From assembly GCA_965222075.1 (NCBI GenBank), contig OZ244937.1, positions 768,001-832,000 on the forward strand: a stretch of 64,000 nucleotides of DNA, written 5' to 3'. Shown in pieces: positions 30,849 to 40,764 of this stretch. The DNA is from Candidatus Latescibacterota bacterium (GTDB taxonomy: Bacteria; Latescibacterota; UBA2968; GCA-2709665). Both the position numbers and the translations under genes were made by a program. How positions within the stretch are numbered: position 1 is the first letter of the stretch; the number at the start of each line of letters is the position of its first letter. The notes beneath the pieces were generated by a model that was not told the DNA's origin, searched no databases, and saw only the letters and a list, made by a program, of their open reading frames with translations.

Positions 30849-31922
30849 TCAGCGGACGAGACGATCTCTTGCTGTCGTGAATCGATCTTTGAGTAGCTGA
30901 GTGTTAGTTGTGCTACCTCGAGTACCAGCCAGGAAGGATTCGTCTTTTGTGAGTTGTGAGTACCGGTTCTTCAAATCCGGTGGCAGCGTGGCCAAGTTGT
31001 CCAGAAGTGTGCAAAACACTGCGTCAAGAACTGAAGCGTTGAGTGGTCCTCTCAGGTGGAAGGGCTTCTCACCAAGAGTCTCTACAATTACTTCACAGGT
31101 TTGGGTAAACAGACTAACGTACCGCGTAACACGGTTAGAATTTCCCCTTTGGTTTCGCTTCATAGCCTGGTTCAGATACTCTTTCATTGGCTTCTCGTAT
31201 GACTCCCATTTGCGGCTGAGTGCGAAGACCCGGAGTATCAGCTCGACATCGCGCTGATGCTTGTCGCGATCCTTTCGTCCCACTATCGATCGCCAGTTGG
31301 GATCCTCATTGAGCTTATGAAGCGTTTCCGCGAAGGCACCGCGAAACACGCAGTTTCGTATCTCCTGGGGTTTCAGGGCGGTCCCACCAGTGTTCAGCCT
31401 TTCAAATATGTGGTAGATGCTTGTGTTTTCGTCGGTGGGACTGAGTTGGCGAACGTTGATTGCCCGCAAGACCGAATTCTGAAGCTTCCTTCTGTCCGAG
31501 TCACTCAGGTCTACAAAGCGAAGGTTGTGGTATGGGCCTCTTTCATCGAGCCCTTTGAGCCTGAAGACTTGTTTGTGCTCCTGTGTGTTCTCCTCCCCAA
31601 AGTGCCCATCAATGAAATAAACGATGCTCAGAATGCGCTGCTGACCATCGATAACAAGATTTTTGTTCTGGTCATCGATGTAGAAGAAGACATTAGGAAC
31701 CGGAAGACCAAGCAAGAATGACTCAATGAGAAGAGAAGACTGCTCGATTTTCCATACAAAGGCACGTTGGAAAGGTGGGATCTCGATATCGCCCTTATGC
31801 CACATTTCGTGGATACCACCTAACGTGAAGTCTGAAGGATAAGTGGCTATGTCATACTCAACGGGTGTCTCTTCCTCCAGCTCTTCTTCGACTATTTCCA
31901 GTTCAACAAGCTCAGCAGCCAT
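30849..31922 (-). CDS. DUF262 (ParB-like, GmrSD N-terminal) domain protein
   Basis: PPFQR.FVW, LIESFLLGLPVP, IDGQQR, IFERLNTGG..L..QEIRN. Confidence 0.92.
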   Translation of the reverse strand: MAAELVELEIVEEELEEETPVEYDIATYPSDFTLGGIHEMWHKGDIEIPPFQRAFVWKIEQSSLLIESFLLGLPVPNVFFYIDDQNKNLVIDGQQRILSIVYFIDGHFGEENTQEHKQVFRLKGLDERGPYHNLRFVDLSDSDRRKLQNSVLRAINVRQLSPTDENTSIYHIFERLNTGGTALKPQEIRNCVFRGAFAETLHKLNEDPNWRSIVGRKDRDKHQRDVELILRVFALSRKWESYEKPMKEYLNQAMKRNQRGNSNRVTRYVSLFTQTCEVIVETLGEKPFHLRGPLNASVLDAVFCTLLDNLATLPPDLKNRYSQLTKDESFLAGTRGSTTNTQLLKDRFTTARDRLVR

Positions 31923-32241
31923 CGGTCGTTTCCTCTATGCCGCCAATACGGTCCAGGTTGGTATATTTATTTTGCATTATTGTCCATTGAATTAGTGTTT
32001 GTGCGATATTAATGTACCATGTTTATCTTTTAGGGGCAACTCTAAAGTCTTCTCGGGGCCAGGAGACCCGACCTATTCCCCCTTATCGTCAAGCGTATCC
32101 CCCTTTGCCTTTTCAGGCTGGGCGCATTATCTTCTCCAATAGTAAGGCTGTACCTCAGAGTCCGGGATGGAGGCCGGGGACTCCTGAAGGATCTGGGTTT
32201 GGCGGGCATGTCTCGGACAATAGAGGTATGCCCTTTTCCGT

Positions 32242-32533
32242 TTGGGGACCGAGTCATTATGATCCGAATGCTTGTCCTTACGGGTGTCGTCCTGGCACTT
32301 GCTGCGGGTGAGTGCCTGGCTGTGCGGCCCTACGAGCCGGTCCTGGAGTCCTGGCGCTGGCGGTCCTTCCCGGAGTTGAAGGGGCTGGGGCTCCGGTGCA
32401 TGGCCGAAGACCGGGATGGGAACATGTGGTTCGGTACGGATGGGGGGGCGCGGCGCTATGACGGGCTGAATTGAAAGGTCTATACGCCGGAGGATGGTCT
32501 TCCGGGCGCGCCGGTGTGGACGCTTTGCGCAGC
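32242..32533 (+). pseudogene. 5' fragment duplicating the start of the 23198 kinase gene
   Basis: Near-identical to about 23181-23488, with a 15-nt deletion, a TGG->TGA stop at 32472 and a further small indel. Confidence 0.92.
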
Positions 32534-32550
32534 AAGGAGGTTGTGGTCCG

Positions 32551-32985
32551 ATGATGAATACCAGGAACACCCCAGGTCTCTTTCGGTTCCTATTATGCTT
32601 TGCCGTGATTTATTCCATGCTGGCATGGTGTGCCGGGATATCCGCCTCTGACAACGCCCAACGTCCCTATGTTCCCCCAAGTGACGTGCCTGCCATTCTT
32701 CGAACGACACCCGAAGAAGCCGCCCGTGAAGTACTGATTCAGGTAGCACCTGGATTTATGGAATTTCCGGAAGGCAAGGTCGTGGCGCAGTGGCATGAGT
32801 TTGAGAATGTCGAGCCGGCTTTAAAAGATGTGCTTGACAAATTTGCTCCAGAAATTCTGATCAAGGCATTCCCGAACTTTGACCCCGCTACCGACAGTGT
32901 GCGAGTTTCGCATCGAACAGGGCAACAGGTCGTTTTCAACGATTACAGTAGAATTTACAAGTTGAGGTTCCCGCCTGGAGCCGAC
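32551..32985 (+). pseudogene. N-terminal fragment of a secreted protein (possibly S8 peptidase prodomain-like)
   Basis: RBS AAGGAGG, signal peptide, DYSRIYKLRFP; then runs into unrelated sequence. Confidence 0.45.
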
Positions 32986-33919
32986 CGACTGTTGTGGACG
33001 ACTGCGCCCTGGTCACGGAGGCGCACCTATCCTCGACACGAGCTTGCATCTTGGTAGTCATGGGATCACTGCCTTGCAGGGAGACGATTTCTCCGGCCTG
33101 TCCAGGCTGCAAAGACTATTTTTTAACCACAACGCTTTGAGCGCACTGCCCGAGGGTGTGTTCTCCGGCCTGTCCAGTTTGCATTCCCTATATCTTAGCA
33201 ATAACTCTTTGAGCGCACTGCCTGAGGGGTTCTCCAGCCTGTCCAGTTTGCATTCCCTATATCTTGACAATAACTCTTTGAGTACGCTGTCTGAGGGGTT
33301 CTCCGGCCTGGACAGACTGTCGGAGATATCGCTTACCGGCAACGCTTTGAGCGCACTGCCCAAGGGTGTGTTCGCAGGCCTGTACAGGCTGGAGGCACTA
33401 CGGCTTGCCGGCAATCGCCTGAGTGCACTGCCTGAGGATGTGTTCGCAGGCCTGCCCGGTCTGCGTTTCCTGGATCTTACCGGCAACGCTTTGAGCACAC
33501 TGCCCAAGGGGGTGTTCTCCGGCCTGTACAGTCTGGAGGCGCTATGGCTTGAAGATAACCCTGGATCTCCCTTTACATTGACAATAAAGCTGGAACGCAC
33601 AGACAACACAGACAATACTGCGCCGGGTCCTGCCACCATCGTGGTCAAACTTGCCGAGGGTGCGCCGTTCGACATGACCGTCAACCTGTCAGCACAGGGT
33701 GGAACCCTGTCGGCCACTACGGCTACGATTTCATCGGGTCACACCGCGAGCGAAGCCGTCGTGGTGACCCAGACCGGGGCCGAACCGGCGGAGCAGGGAT
33801 ACGTGGAAATCGATTTGAGCAAGGCCAAGCCCGGGATTAACATCCTTGAGGTTGAGATTAAGGACCTTGTCACCGGTAAGAGCGCGACCCGGGAGATCCG
33901 GTTTCAGTACGGGGGGTGA
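32985..33919 (+). pseudogene. Leucine-rich-repeat protein fragment fused to an unrelated C-terminal tail
   Basis: About 7 LRRs LxxLxLxxNxLSALPEGVFxG; cap DDCALVTEAHLS lies out of frame upstream; no proper start codon; tail from about 33783 resembles the end of a GWxTD-type protein. Confidence 0.75.
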
Positions 33920-34007
33920 GTTCTGATTTTTGCACCCCAGAGACGCAGGGTAGTGACCTTTTGTATATGTATTTGTTCAAATTACTGAAGAAATTATGAA
34001 AACAAAA

Positions 34008-34031
34008 GGGGAGTCGAGAAATCGACTCCCC
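34008..34031 (-). terminator. Rho-independent terminator after tRNA-fMet (may be bidirectional)
   Basis: GGGGAGTCGA-GAAA-TCGACTCCCC; T-runs on both strands. Confidence 0.85.
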
Positions 34032-34042
34032 ATCGTTTTTTT

Positions 34043-34119
<77 letters not shown>

Positions 34120-34167
34120 ACCATGATATCCAAGCAGCTTGGAAATTAACCGGTTCGGGAGATTTTG

Positions 34168-35451
34168 TCAAGCGATTTCTTCGGTTTTGTCCTTTGCATC
34201 CTGTTCTGTTTCCCGTTTTTCAATCCGGACGGTGGTGATGCGCTGGCCGACGACATCCTCAATGGACAGGATCAGATTGTCGAACGCAAAGGAGTCGCGG
34301 GGGTTGGGAACCTGTCCCAGGTGGTTGTAGATGAAGCCGCCCAGGGTCTCGTAGCCGTCCTGGGGCAGGTCGACATTGAGGAGGAGGTTGAGGTCTTCAA
34401 TGGCGATGCGGGCATCGGCGGTAAGCACCTGACCTTCCTCACACCATTGGAAGAGCGGCGTTTCCTCGTCGTACTCGTCCTGGATTTCACCGACGATCTC
34501 TTCGATCAGGTCCTCTAAGGTGACCAGGCCGGAGGTGCCGCCGTATTCGTCTACCACGATGGCTATATGGACCTTCGCGTTTTTGAATTCCCGCAGGAGT
34601 TCATCGATGTTTTTGTTTTCCGGCACAAAGTAGGAGTCGCGCATAATCCGGGCGATTTCCCAGTCCTGTCCGGTGCTGAGGATATTCAGGAGATCCTTCA
34701 CATAGACCACGCCTTCGATGTGGTCTACCCGTTCCTTGTAGATGGGGATTCGGGAGTGGCGCGTTTTCTGTACGAGGTCCAGGAAGTCTTTGGGAGGCAT
34801 GGAGACCTCGGCACAGACCATGTCGATGCGGGGAACCATGACCTCTTTGACCGTGGTATCGCCGAATTCGAAGATCCCTTCGATCATGTCGCGTTCTTCG
34901 GCCTCGATGGTGCCCTCTTCGGTTTCCGATTCGACGATCTGGCGGAGCCCCTCCTCTTTTATGGCCCTGGTGTCGGTCTCGCTGACAAAGAGATTCCGGG
35001 TGCGTTGAAGGAGCAGGGTTGGGAGGAGGAGGAGGAGGTAGAGGGGGTAGCAGATCAAAAGGAGTAAGGGAGAATCGGATCCCTCTTCACGCCGGTAGGG
35101 CGGAATGGTGTTGCTGATGAAGAGTGAGATCAGCACGAAGAAGGCGACCGCGAAGACAGAGCGCAGGATGGGCCAGGGAATGGGATATGGAAAGGACGCC
35201 GTCAGGTTGACGGTGGCCACACAGCCGATCGCGATCGCGACGGTTTGGCCAAAGATTGCCATTTGACCCAGCACATCGCGGGGTCTGTACATGGATAAGA
35301 GGAGGCGGGCACGGAGGTCTCCCTCGTCGCGGAGGCGTTCCAGGGTGGACCGGGAGAGTGCGCTGCCAATAGAACCGAGACGCGCCAGAAGGGCTGTCAC
35401 CAAAAGTGAGGCGATCAGGATCAGGCCTTCTGGCCACTCAGAATCATCCAA
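34168..35451 (-). CDS. Hemolysin/CorC family (CNNM-CBS-CorC) protein
   Basis: [43 protein letters not shown]. Confidence 0.93.
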   Translation of the reverse strand: MDDSEWPEGLILIASLLVTALLARLGSIGSALSRSTLERLRDEGDLRARLLLSMYRPRDVLGQMAIFGQTVAIAIGCVATVNLTASFPYPIPWPILRSVFAVAFFVLISLFISNTIPPYRREEGSDSPLLLLICYPLYLLLLLPTLLLQRTRNLFVSETDTRAIKEEGLRQIVESETEEGTIEAEERDMIEGIFEFGDTTVKEVMVPRIDMVCAEVSMPPKDFLDLVQKTRHSRIPIYKERVDHIEGVVYVKDLLNILSTGQDWEIARIMRDSYFVPENKNIDELLREFKNAKVHIAIVVDEYGGTSGLVTLEDLIEEIVGEIQDEYDEETPLFQWCEEGQVLTADARIAIEDLNLLLNVDLPQDGYETLGGFIYNHLGQVPNPRDSFAFDNLILSIEDVVGQRITTVRIEKRETEQDAKDKTEEIA

Positions 35452-35469
35452 CGGGGAGTCACGCTCCTT

Positions 35470-35907
35470 TCATCGTGTAACCCGGGCCAAATAGCGCGCT
35501 TCCTGGCGCTGCATGCTCGCATGCGCGGCGTGCGTGTTGTGAGTGTAGCCCAGCAGGTGGAGGACACCGTGGATGGCAAGGTGGGTGATTTCCTCCTGAA
35601 GTGGTCTGTGGGCACCTCGGGCCTGCACCCTTGCGCGGTCCAGGGAGATGTAGATTTCGCCGATTTCACCCCCTGCGGGATGGACCGGGTCCTTCAGGTC
35701 AAAGGAAATGACATCGGTTGGGGCATCGATCCCCCGGAAATCCCGGTTGAGCCGGCACAAGGTGGTGTCGTCGGTCAGGATGAGGGTGACCAGGCCACCT
35801 GCGCCCTGGTCGGACAGGACGGCTTGAAGGGTTGTTTTCAGGGCGTCCTGGTCGAGGCACTCTGTGGGGGGAGCCACACACGCGATGGCGACCTCTGTTT
35901 TGGTCAT
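35470..35907 (-). CDS. ybeY: rRNA maturation endoribonuclease YbeY
   Basis: LNRDFRG.D.PTDVISF; IHGVLHLLGYTH. Confidence 0.95.
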   Translation of the reverse strand: MTKTEVAIACVAPPTECLDQDALKTTLQAVLSDQGAGGLVTLILTDDTTLCRLNRDFRGIDAPTDVISFDLKDPVHPAGGEIGEIYISLDRARVQARGAHRPLQEEITHLAIHGVLHLLGYTHNTHAAHASMQRQEARYLARVTR

Positions 35908-38216
35908 CTGCTTTCTTTTCTGCGTTCCCGAAGTTCCTTCATTTGCTGCTGCCAGGGGTAGGCCACCCGGCTGTGTTTTGTAGCCTCCAGCATTGGGAGG
36001 AAGGCTTCCTGGATCTTGGTCAGGTCCTTCAACGTCAGGTCACATTCGTCCAGTTCGCCGGTAGTGAACCTCCCCTTGACGATGGTCTGGACCATGTCTT
36101 TGATCTGGTCGAGAGAATTGTTGGAAAGGGTACGGGTGGCGGATTCCACGGCATCCGCCAGGTTGATGATCCCGGCCTCTTTGGTTTGAGGCTTGGGCCC
36201 GGGATAGCGGTAGTCTTCGGTCCGGACGGTCTGCTTGTCCCCCCGTTCCAGGGCACGGCGTTTAAAGCTGGCAATTTCACTGGTGCCGTGATGCTGAGGA
36301 ATCAGGTCGACAATGGCGCGGGGCAGGCCCTCCTCCTGGGCCAGTGCGACGCCCTCTTTGACATGGGAGATCAGAATCAGGGCGCTCATCCTGGGCTGGA
36401 GTTCGTCGTGGGGATTGATGCCTTTCTGGTTTTCAATAAAGTAGTGGGGGCGGACCATCTTGCCGATGTCGTGATAGTAGCATCCTACCCGCACGAGAAG
36501 CCGGTCTGCGCCTATGGCACCGGCGGCGGCTTCGGAGAGGCCGGCCATGATGATGCTGTGGCTGTAGGTGCCGGGGCTCCGGATGGCCAGGTTGCGCAGC
36601 AGGGGCCGGTTGAGGTCTGAAAGTTCGAGCAGGGTGATGGAGGTGACAACGCCGAATACGCTCTCGAAGATCGGCAGCAAACCGATGGTGAGCACAGTGG
36701 AGGCGCAGGCCGTAAAGACGCCGAAGACGAGGTCCCATTTGACCTGTTCAAAGAATTCGACAATATTGGAGTAGTCGAAGAGGAGAACCCCTGTTGTTGC
36801 TATGGTCAGGGTATAGGCGGCGCTCAGGTAGACCATAGAGCGGTAGAAATCGCTGCGCTTGAGCACCTGGCGCACCGAATAGGCGCCTACCACGCCCGTG
36901 ATCAGAAAGACCAGGCTGTGCTGCAGGCTGCCCAGAATGCTCGCACAGAGGACTGCGCAGATAAGGGAGACGACCAGACCGATGCCGGCATCAAAGAGTA
37001 CGGCGGCCAACATGGCCACAAGGGCGACGGGAACCAGGTAGGGGGTGAGGGCGGCGTGGGTAGCGGCATAAGCAGTCACCAGCACGGGTATCAGGATGAT
37101 GATCCCAAACAGGGCCAGGCTGGAGGTTCGTTCGTAAACGGAGGTCCTGAAGCCCTTGAGAAAGCCGAAGAAGATCGCGATGATCAGTCCGCTGAAGATG
37201 GCCTGGGCGCCGACCTGAACGGTCCGGATGTAGGGGTCTTCCTGCCTGTATTTTTTCATATGCTCGTCCAGGGAGTTCAGCTGGTCGATATGTTCGGCAG
37301 TCACCCGGTCGTGTTTGTGAACAATGCGTTCTCCTTTAAGCACGGTCCCTTTGGTTTTGGAGATCTTGTCCTCGGCGCTTTTCCGACGCTGTTCGGTTTC
37401 CGTAGCGTTGTAGGTCAGGTTGGAGGTAAGGTAGGCCAGAACAACAAGCTCGTGGACGGTTTTGATCTCGGCCGTGGCGCCCTGGGGGAGTTTACGCTCG
37501 ATATCTTCCTGGAGGGTGAGGATAAATTCCTCGAGGTCGCGGATATTCTTCATAGGCACCCTCTGTTCTTTGTTGTCTTTGATGAGGGTGACCTCGTTGT
37601 GGCCTTCCCGGAGGATTTCGGCTTTGTGTTCCATTACGCCGGAGGCGTAGATGGTGGCAAGGAGGTCTTGAGCCGTTGTTCTGAACGCCTCCAGGCGTTG
37701 GGGGTCGGCGGCTGCCTGGTTCAACAGGAAGCGGAGGGTGGGCCTGGAGATCGGCCTGATTTCGGGGTGGGCCTGTTTGAGGCGGAGTATGGCCGAGTCG
37801 GAAGAGGCCGAACCGCTCAGGTCGATCAGGTTCTCAAAAAAGGCGTTGAACGCCTTTTCCTGTTTTGCGGGCAGCGTTGCGTCGAAGATCAGCACGGGCA
37901 GGATCTCACGCCGGGCAGCGGCGACCTCTTGCTCGTATTCGGCCTTGTTTTTCCGGACGTTGAAGGCTTCCGGCGCAATCACTTCCGCAGGGGCGATTCC
38001 GCCTTCCAAAAAGTCCTTGTACTCGCCGCTCCGTCTGGTGGGGTAGAGCAGGGTGAGAATGCCCACCAGCACCACCAGAATGCTCGCCCGGAGGATCTGT
38101 TCTGCCTTGATCTGAGGGGTCCAGCTTTTCCAGCGCTTCCACACTGGTTTGCGGCTGCCAAGGTCCTTTTCCGTAAGGCCACCGTAGGCCGGTTTTTTTC
38201 GGGTGCTGCGCATCAT
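35904..38216 (-). CDS. 7TM-HD (HDIG) phosphohydrolase, PgpH-like
   Basis: Extracellular domain, 7 TM, PGTYSHS, YYHDIGK, FIENQ, QHHGT, YRYPGPKP. Confidence 0.93.
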   Translation of the reverse strand: MMRSTRKKPAYGGLTEKDLGSRKPVWKRWKSWTPQIKAEQILRASILVVLVGILTLLYPTRRSGEYKDFLEGGIAPAEVIAPEAFNVRKNKAEYEQEVAAARREILPVLIFDATLPAKQEKAFNAFFENLIDLSGSASSDSAILRLKQAHPEIRPISRPTLRFLLNQAAADPQRLEAFRTTAQDLLATIYASGVMEHKAEILREGHNEVTLIKDNKEQRVPMKNIRDLEEFILTLQEDIERKLPQGATAEIKTVHELVVLAYLTSNLTYNATETEQRRKSAEDKISKTKGTVLKGERIVHKHDRVTAEHIDQLNSLDEHMKKYRQEDPYIRTVQVGAQAIFSGLIIAIFFGFLKGFRTSVYERTSSLALFGIIILIPVLVTAYAATHAALTPYLVPVALVAMLAAVLFDAGIGLVVSLICAVLCASILGSLQHSLVFLITGVVGAYSVRQVLKRSDFYRSMVYLSAAYTLTIATTGVLLFDYSNIVEFFEQVKWDLVFGVFTACASTVLTIGLLPIFESVFGVVTSITLLELSDLNRPLLRNLAIRSPGTYSHSIIMAGLSEAAAGAIGADRLLVRVGCYYHDIGKMVRPHYFIENQKGINPHDELQPRMSALILISHVKEGVALAQEEGLPRAIVDLIPQHHGTSEIASFKRRALERGDKQTVRTEDYRYPGPKPQTKEAGIINLADAVESATRTLSNNSLDQIKDMVQTIVKGRFTTGELDECDLTLKDLTKIQEAFLPMLEATKHSRVAYPWQQQMKELRERRKESR

Positions 38217-38228
38217 GGCAGAGCTTTC

Positions 38229-39242
38229 TTACGTATTCTCACCATCTTTGCTGTCCTCACCGGCCTGCGGGCCGGCGATTTCGTCTTTCCGGAGGCGGTT
38301 TTCGTAGTGGTCGTAGGCGTTGATGATCTCCTGAACCAGGGAATGCCGCACCACGTCGCGCTCTGTAAAGTAGACAAAGCGGATGGTTTCGATATGCGAA
38401 AGAATATGCTGGATGTGAACCAGTCCTGGCGTCATGTCCGGGGGGAGATCGATCTGGGTGATGTCGCCGGTAATGACGGCTTTGGAGTGGGTTCCCAGGC
38501 GGGTCAGAAACATCTTCATCTGACTGATGGTGGTGTTCTGGGCCTCATCTAAGATCACAAAGGCGTTGTTGAGGGTTCGACCCCGCATAAAGGCCAGGGG
38601 AGCGATCTCCAGAGTACGGATTTCGATCAGGTGTCGGAGGTGATCGGCCGGAATCATATCCCCAAGCGCATCGTAGAGCGGCCGAAGGTAGGGATTGACC
38701 TTCTCCTGGATGTCGCCCGGCAAAAAACCGAGATTTTCACCGGCTTCAACGGCTGGACGGGTCAGGACAATACGGGAGACTTCCTTGCGCTTGAGCGCCG
38801 CTGCTGCACAGGCCACAGCCAGATAGGTCTTCCCGGTACCCGCCGGGCCAATTCCGAAAACGATGTCGTATTCATCGATTGCCGATACATAGGCAAGTTG
38901 TCCTTCAGAACGAGGCCGCACCAGATTTTTCTTGGTCACCAGTACCGCTTTTGAAGGGTCGGCACGGCCTCTCCCGGTCGATCGGTAGTCTATGAAATTG
39001 AGAGAATCGAACGGATCGAGGGTATCTCCCCGGCGCAGACAGGAGACCATCTCCTCAATCAGGGCCGATACGTGCCGCACTTTGTGTGTGGGCCCATTGA
39101 TCGTCAGAAAATCTCCCCGGGCCGTGAGTCGAACGCCATAACGGCCTTCCAGGGCGAGCAGGTTGGCATCGTTGTGCCCATACAGCATAAGAGGGTCAAC
39201 GTCCTGGATCGAGATCTGATGAGAACGTGTCGTTTCCTTCAG
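38229..39242 (-). CDS. phoH: PhoH family ATPase (start uncertain: CTG 39242 or TTG 39269)
   Basis: GPAGTGKT, RPAVEAGE.LGFLPGD, RGRTL, DEAQN. Confidence 0.93.
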   Translation of the reverse strand: MKETTRSHQISIQDVDPLMLYGHNDANLLALEGRYGVRLTARGDFLTINGPTHKVRHVSALIEEMVSCLRRGDTLDPFDSLNFIDYRSTGRGRADPSKAVLVTKKNLVRPRSEGQLAYVSAIDEYDIVFGIGPAGTGKTYLAVACAAAALKRKEVSRIVLTRPAVEAGENLGFLPGDIQEKVNPYLRPLYDALGDMIPADHLRHLIEIRTLEIAPLAFMRGRTLNNAFVILDEAQNTTISQMKMFLTRLGTHSKAVITGDITQIDLPPDMTPGLVHIQHILSHIETIRFVYFTERDVVRHSLVQEIINAYDHYENRLRKDEIAGPQAGEDSKDGENT

Positions 39243-39270
39243 TAGCTGTGCCTCCCGGGGTTGGAACAAA

Positions 39271-39314
39271 TAAAAAAGCTCCCGTTCCCACTCAGACTAC
39301 GAGAACGAGAGCTT
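39271..39314 (-). terminator. Probable terminator downstream of the LysM gene
   Basis: Minus strand AAGCTCTCGTTCTC...GGGAACGGGAGCTTTTTT. Confidence 0.6.
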
Positions 39315-39395
39315 AGGCGTTAAAGATTAATCCAGAATTGAACTTTCCATAGTCAATAAAGGGCCGATTCCCGGCAAAACAACCGCGTGGGACTG

Positions 39396-40229
39396 TCAGT
39401 TTGCAGGAATTTCAATCACCTGCGCCGGGAAGATCAGGTTGGGGTCTAAAATCTGAGCCTTGTTGGCCTGATAGAGCCTGGGCCACTTGGTCATGTCTTT
39501 ATAGACGGTTTGGGCAATGCTGGTGAGGTGTTGCCCGCGAAGGACCAGGTGCTGATTCTGGTCTACGCCGATGGGCACGTTGAGGTTCCAGTCGGGGTAG
39601 ATCAGGTTCGGGTCTTTGATCCGGGCCCGGTTCTCAACGTAGATCCGGGGCCACATGTAAGGGTCGCTGTAGTGGACCGGCATCTTGGCGATATTCCAGA
39701 GGTTGTCGCCCCGGACCACCATATACTTCTTGATGCGCTTGCGCGGCATGCGGGCGTTGATCCGTTCGATGAGTTGATCGATATTCCTGAGCTTTGCCTG
39801 GGCTTGTGGCAACAGCGCGATTTTGTTGCCTTTCAGTGTCTTGACCATCTCCACGATGTTGTCGAATTCATCCCTCTTGTCAGCGAGGTCTTCATCGGAG
39901 AGGCTCAACAGCCCCATCAGCTGCTGCTCGATACTGTCCAATTTGCGGAGATAGTCCTTGATCCCCTGTTCATCCGCACCGACCAGCTTGTAAATCTCTT
40001 GCTGTACGGCTGCAATCTGGGCGTCGGTGTCTGCGATCTGCTGGCTGAGTTTCTCTCCGGCCGCCTTGCAGTCTGCCAGCAACGTATTGGCCTTGGCCGC
40101 CTGGTTCTGAGACTCCAGAAGTTTTACTTTGTACTCTTCGTAAGTCATCTCTACCTGCGCAAGGCCCATTTGTGGAATGAGCAGGGCGGCGCAGACGAAG
40201 AGGAATCCAAAACGCTTGAAGGCTGTCAT
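39396..40229 (-). CDS. Secreted coiled-coil protein with two C-terminal LysM domains
   Basis: Signal peptide; heptads; Y.V.RGDNLWNIA...W..IY..N..I.DPNLI twice. Confidence 0.9.
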   Translation of the reverse strand: MTAFKRFGFLFVCAALLIPQMGLAQVEMTYEEYKVKLLESQNQAAKANTLLADCKAAGEKLSQQIADTDAQIAAVQQEIYKLVGADEQGIKDYLRKLDSIEQQLMGLLSLSDEDLADKRDEFDNIVEMVKTLKGNKIALLPQAQAKLRNIDQLIERINARMPRKRIKKYMVVRGDNLWNIAKMPVHYSDPYMWPRIYVENRARIKDPNLIYPDWNLNVPIGVDQNQHLVLRGQHLTSIAQTVYKDMTKWPRLYQANKAQILDPNLIFPAQVIEIPAN

Positions 40230-40255
40230 CCGGGAACTCCTTGAATTTGCGTGAT

Positions 40256-40537
40256 CTACTGCTGGTTCAGGGCGCTCTGCACTATGTCCCGATCATTTTG
40301 AAATTTGGCCAGCTTTTGCTTTTTCTGGGCCAATGTCTTTTCCAACTCCGACTGCTTCTGCCTGCAGGCATTGAGTTCAGCCTGGGAAGACTCCGCCGCT
40401 TTTCGGGCCTCCTCAAGCATCGCAAGCTGCTCCTGCTTGGCCATTCGGGGGCCACACCCCGACAACAGAGGAAGCGCCGCCAACACCAGCACGATGCCGA
40501 TCCCAACCGCCCGTTTCTGCCGTCTGCGTTTTCTCAT
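40256..40537 (-). CDS. Small coiled-coil lipoprotein
   Basis: Basic N-terminus, lipobox LSGC, about 65-aa helical mature part; RBS AAGGAG. Confidence 0.82.
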   Translation of the reverse strand: MRKRRRQKRAVGIGIVLVLAALPLLSGCGPRMAKQEQLAMLEEARKAAESSQAELNACRQKQSELEKTLAQKKQKLAKFQNDRDIVQSALNQQ

Positions 40538-40764
40538 GGTAGGGATATCTCCTTTAATGGTATAATATCCAAAAAAAACAGAGGGTTGCTTTCAAATCTT
40601 CCCCGGCAAAGAAAAAATTGCCCCCTGCTCTGTTTGTACGAAAAAAACTTACCACATAAAAACGCTAATGTCAAGGGAAAAATTGATCCGTCGCCGCGTA
40701 TATGTTTTCTGAGGTCATGGAGCCTGCCTCAATGTCAACGTCAGGTATTCCAATCGGACCGGCT

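Noticed and set aside
33100-33550. Nucleotide repeats as a non-coding array
   Set aside because: Explained by in-frame leucine-rich repeats of 23-24 codons.
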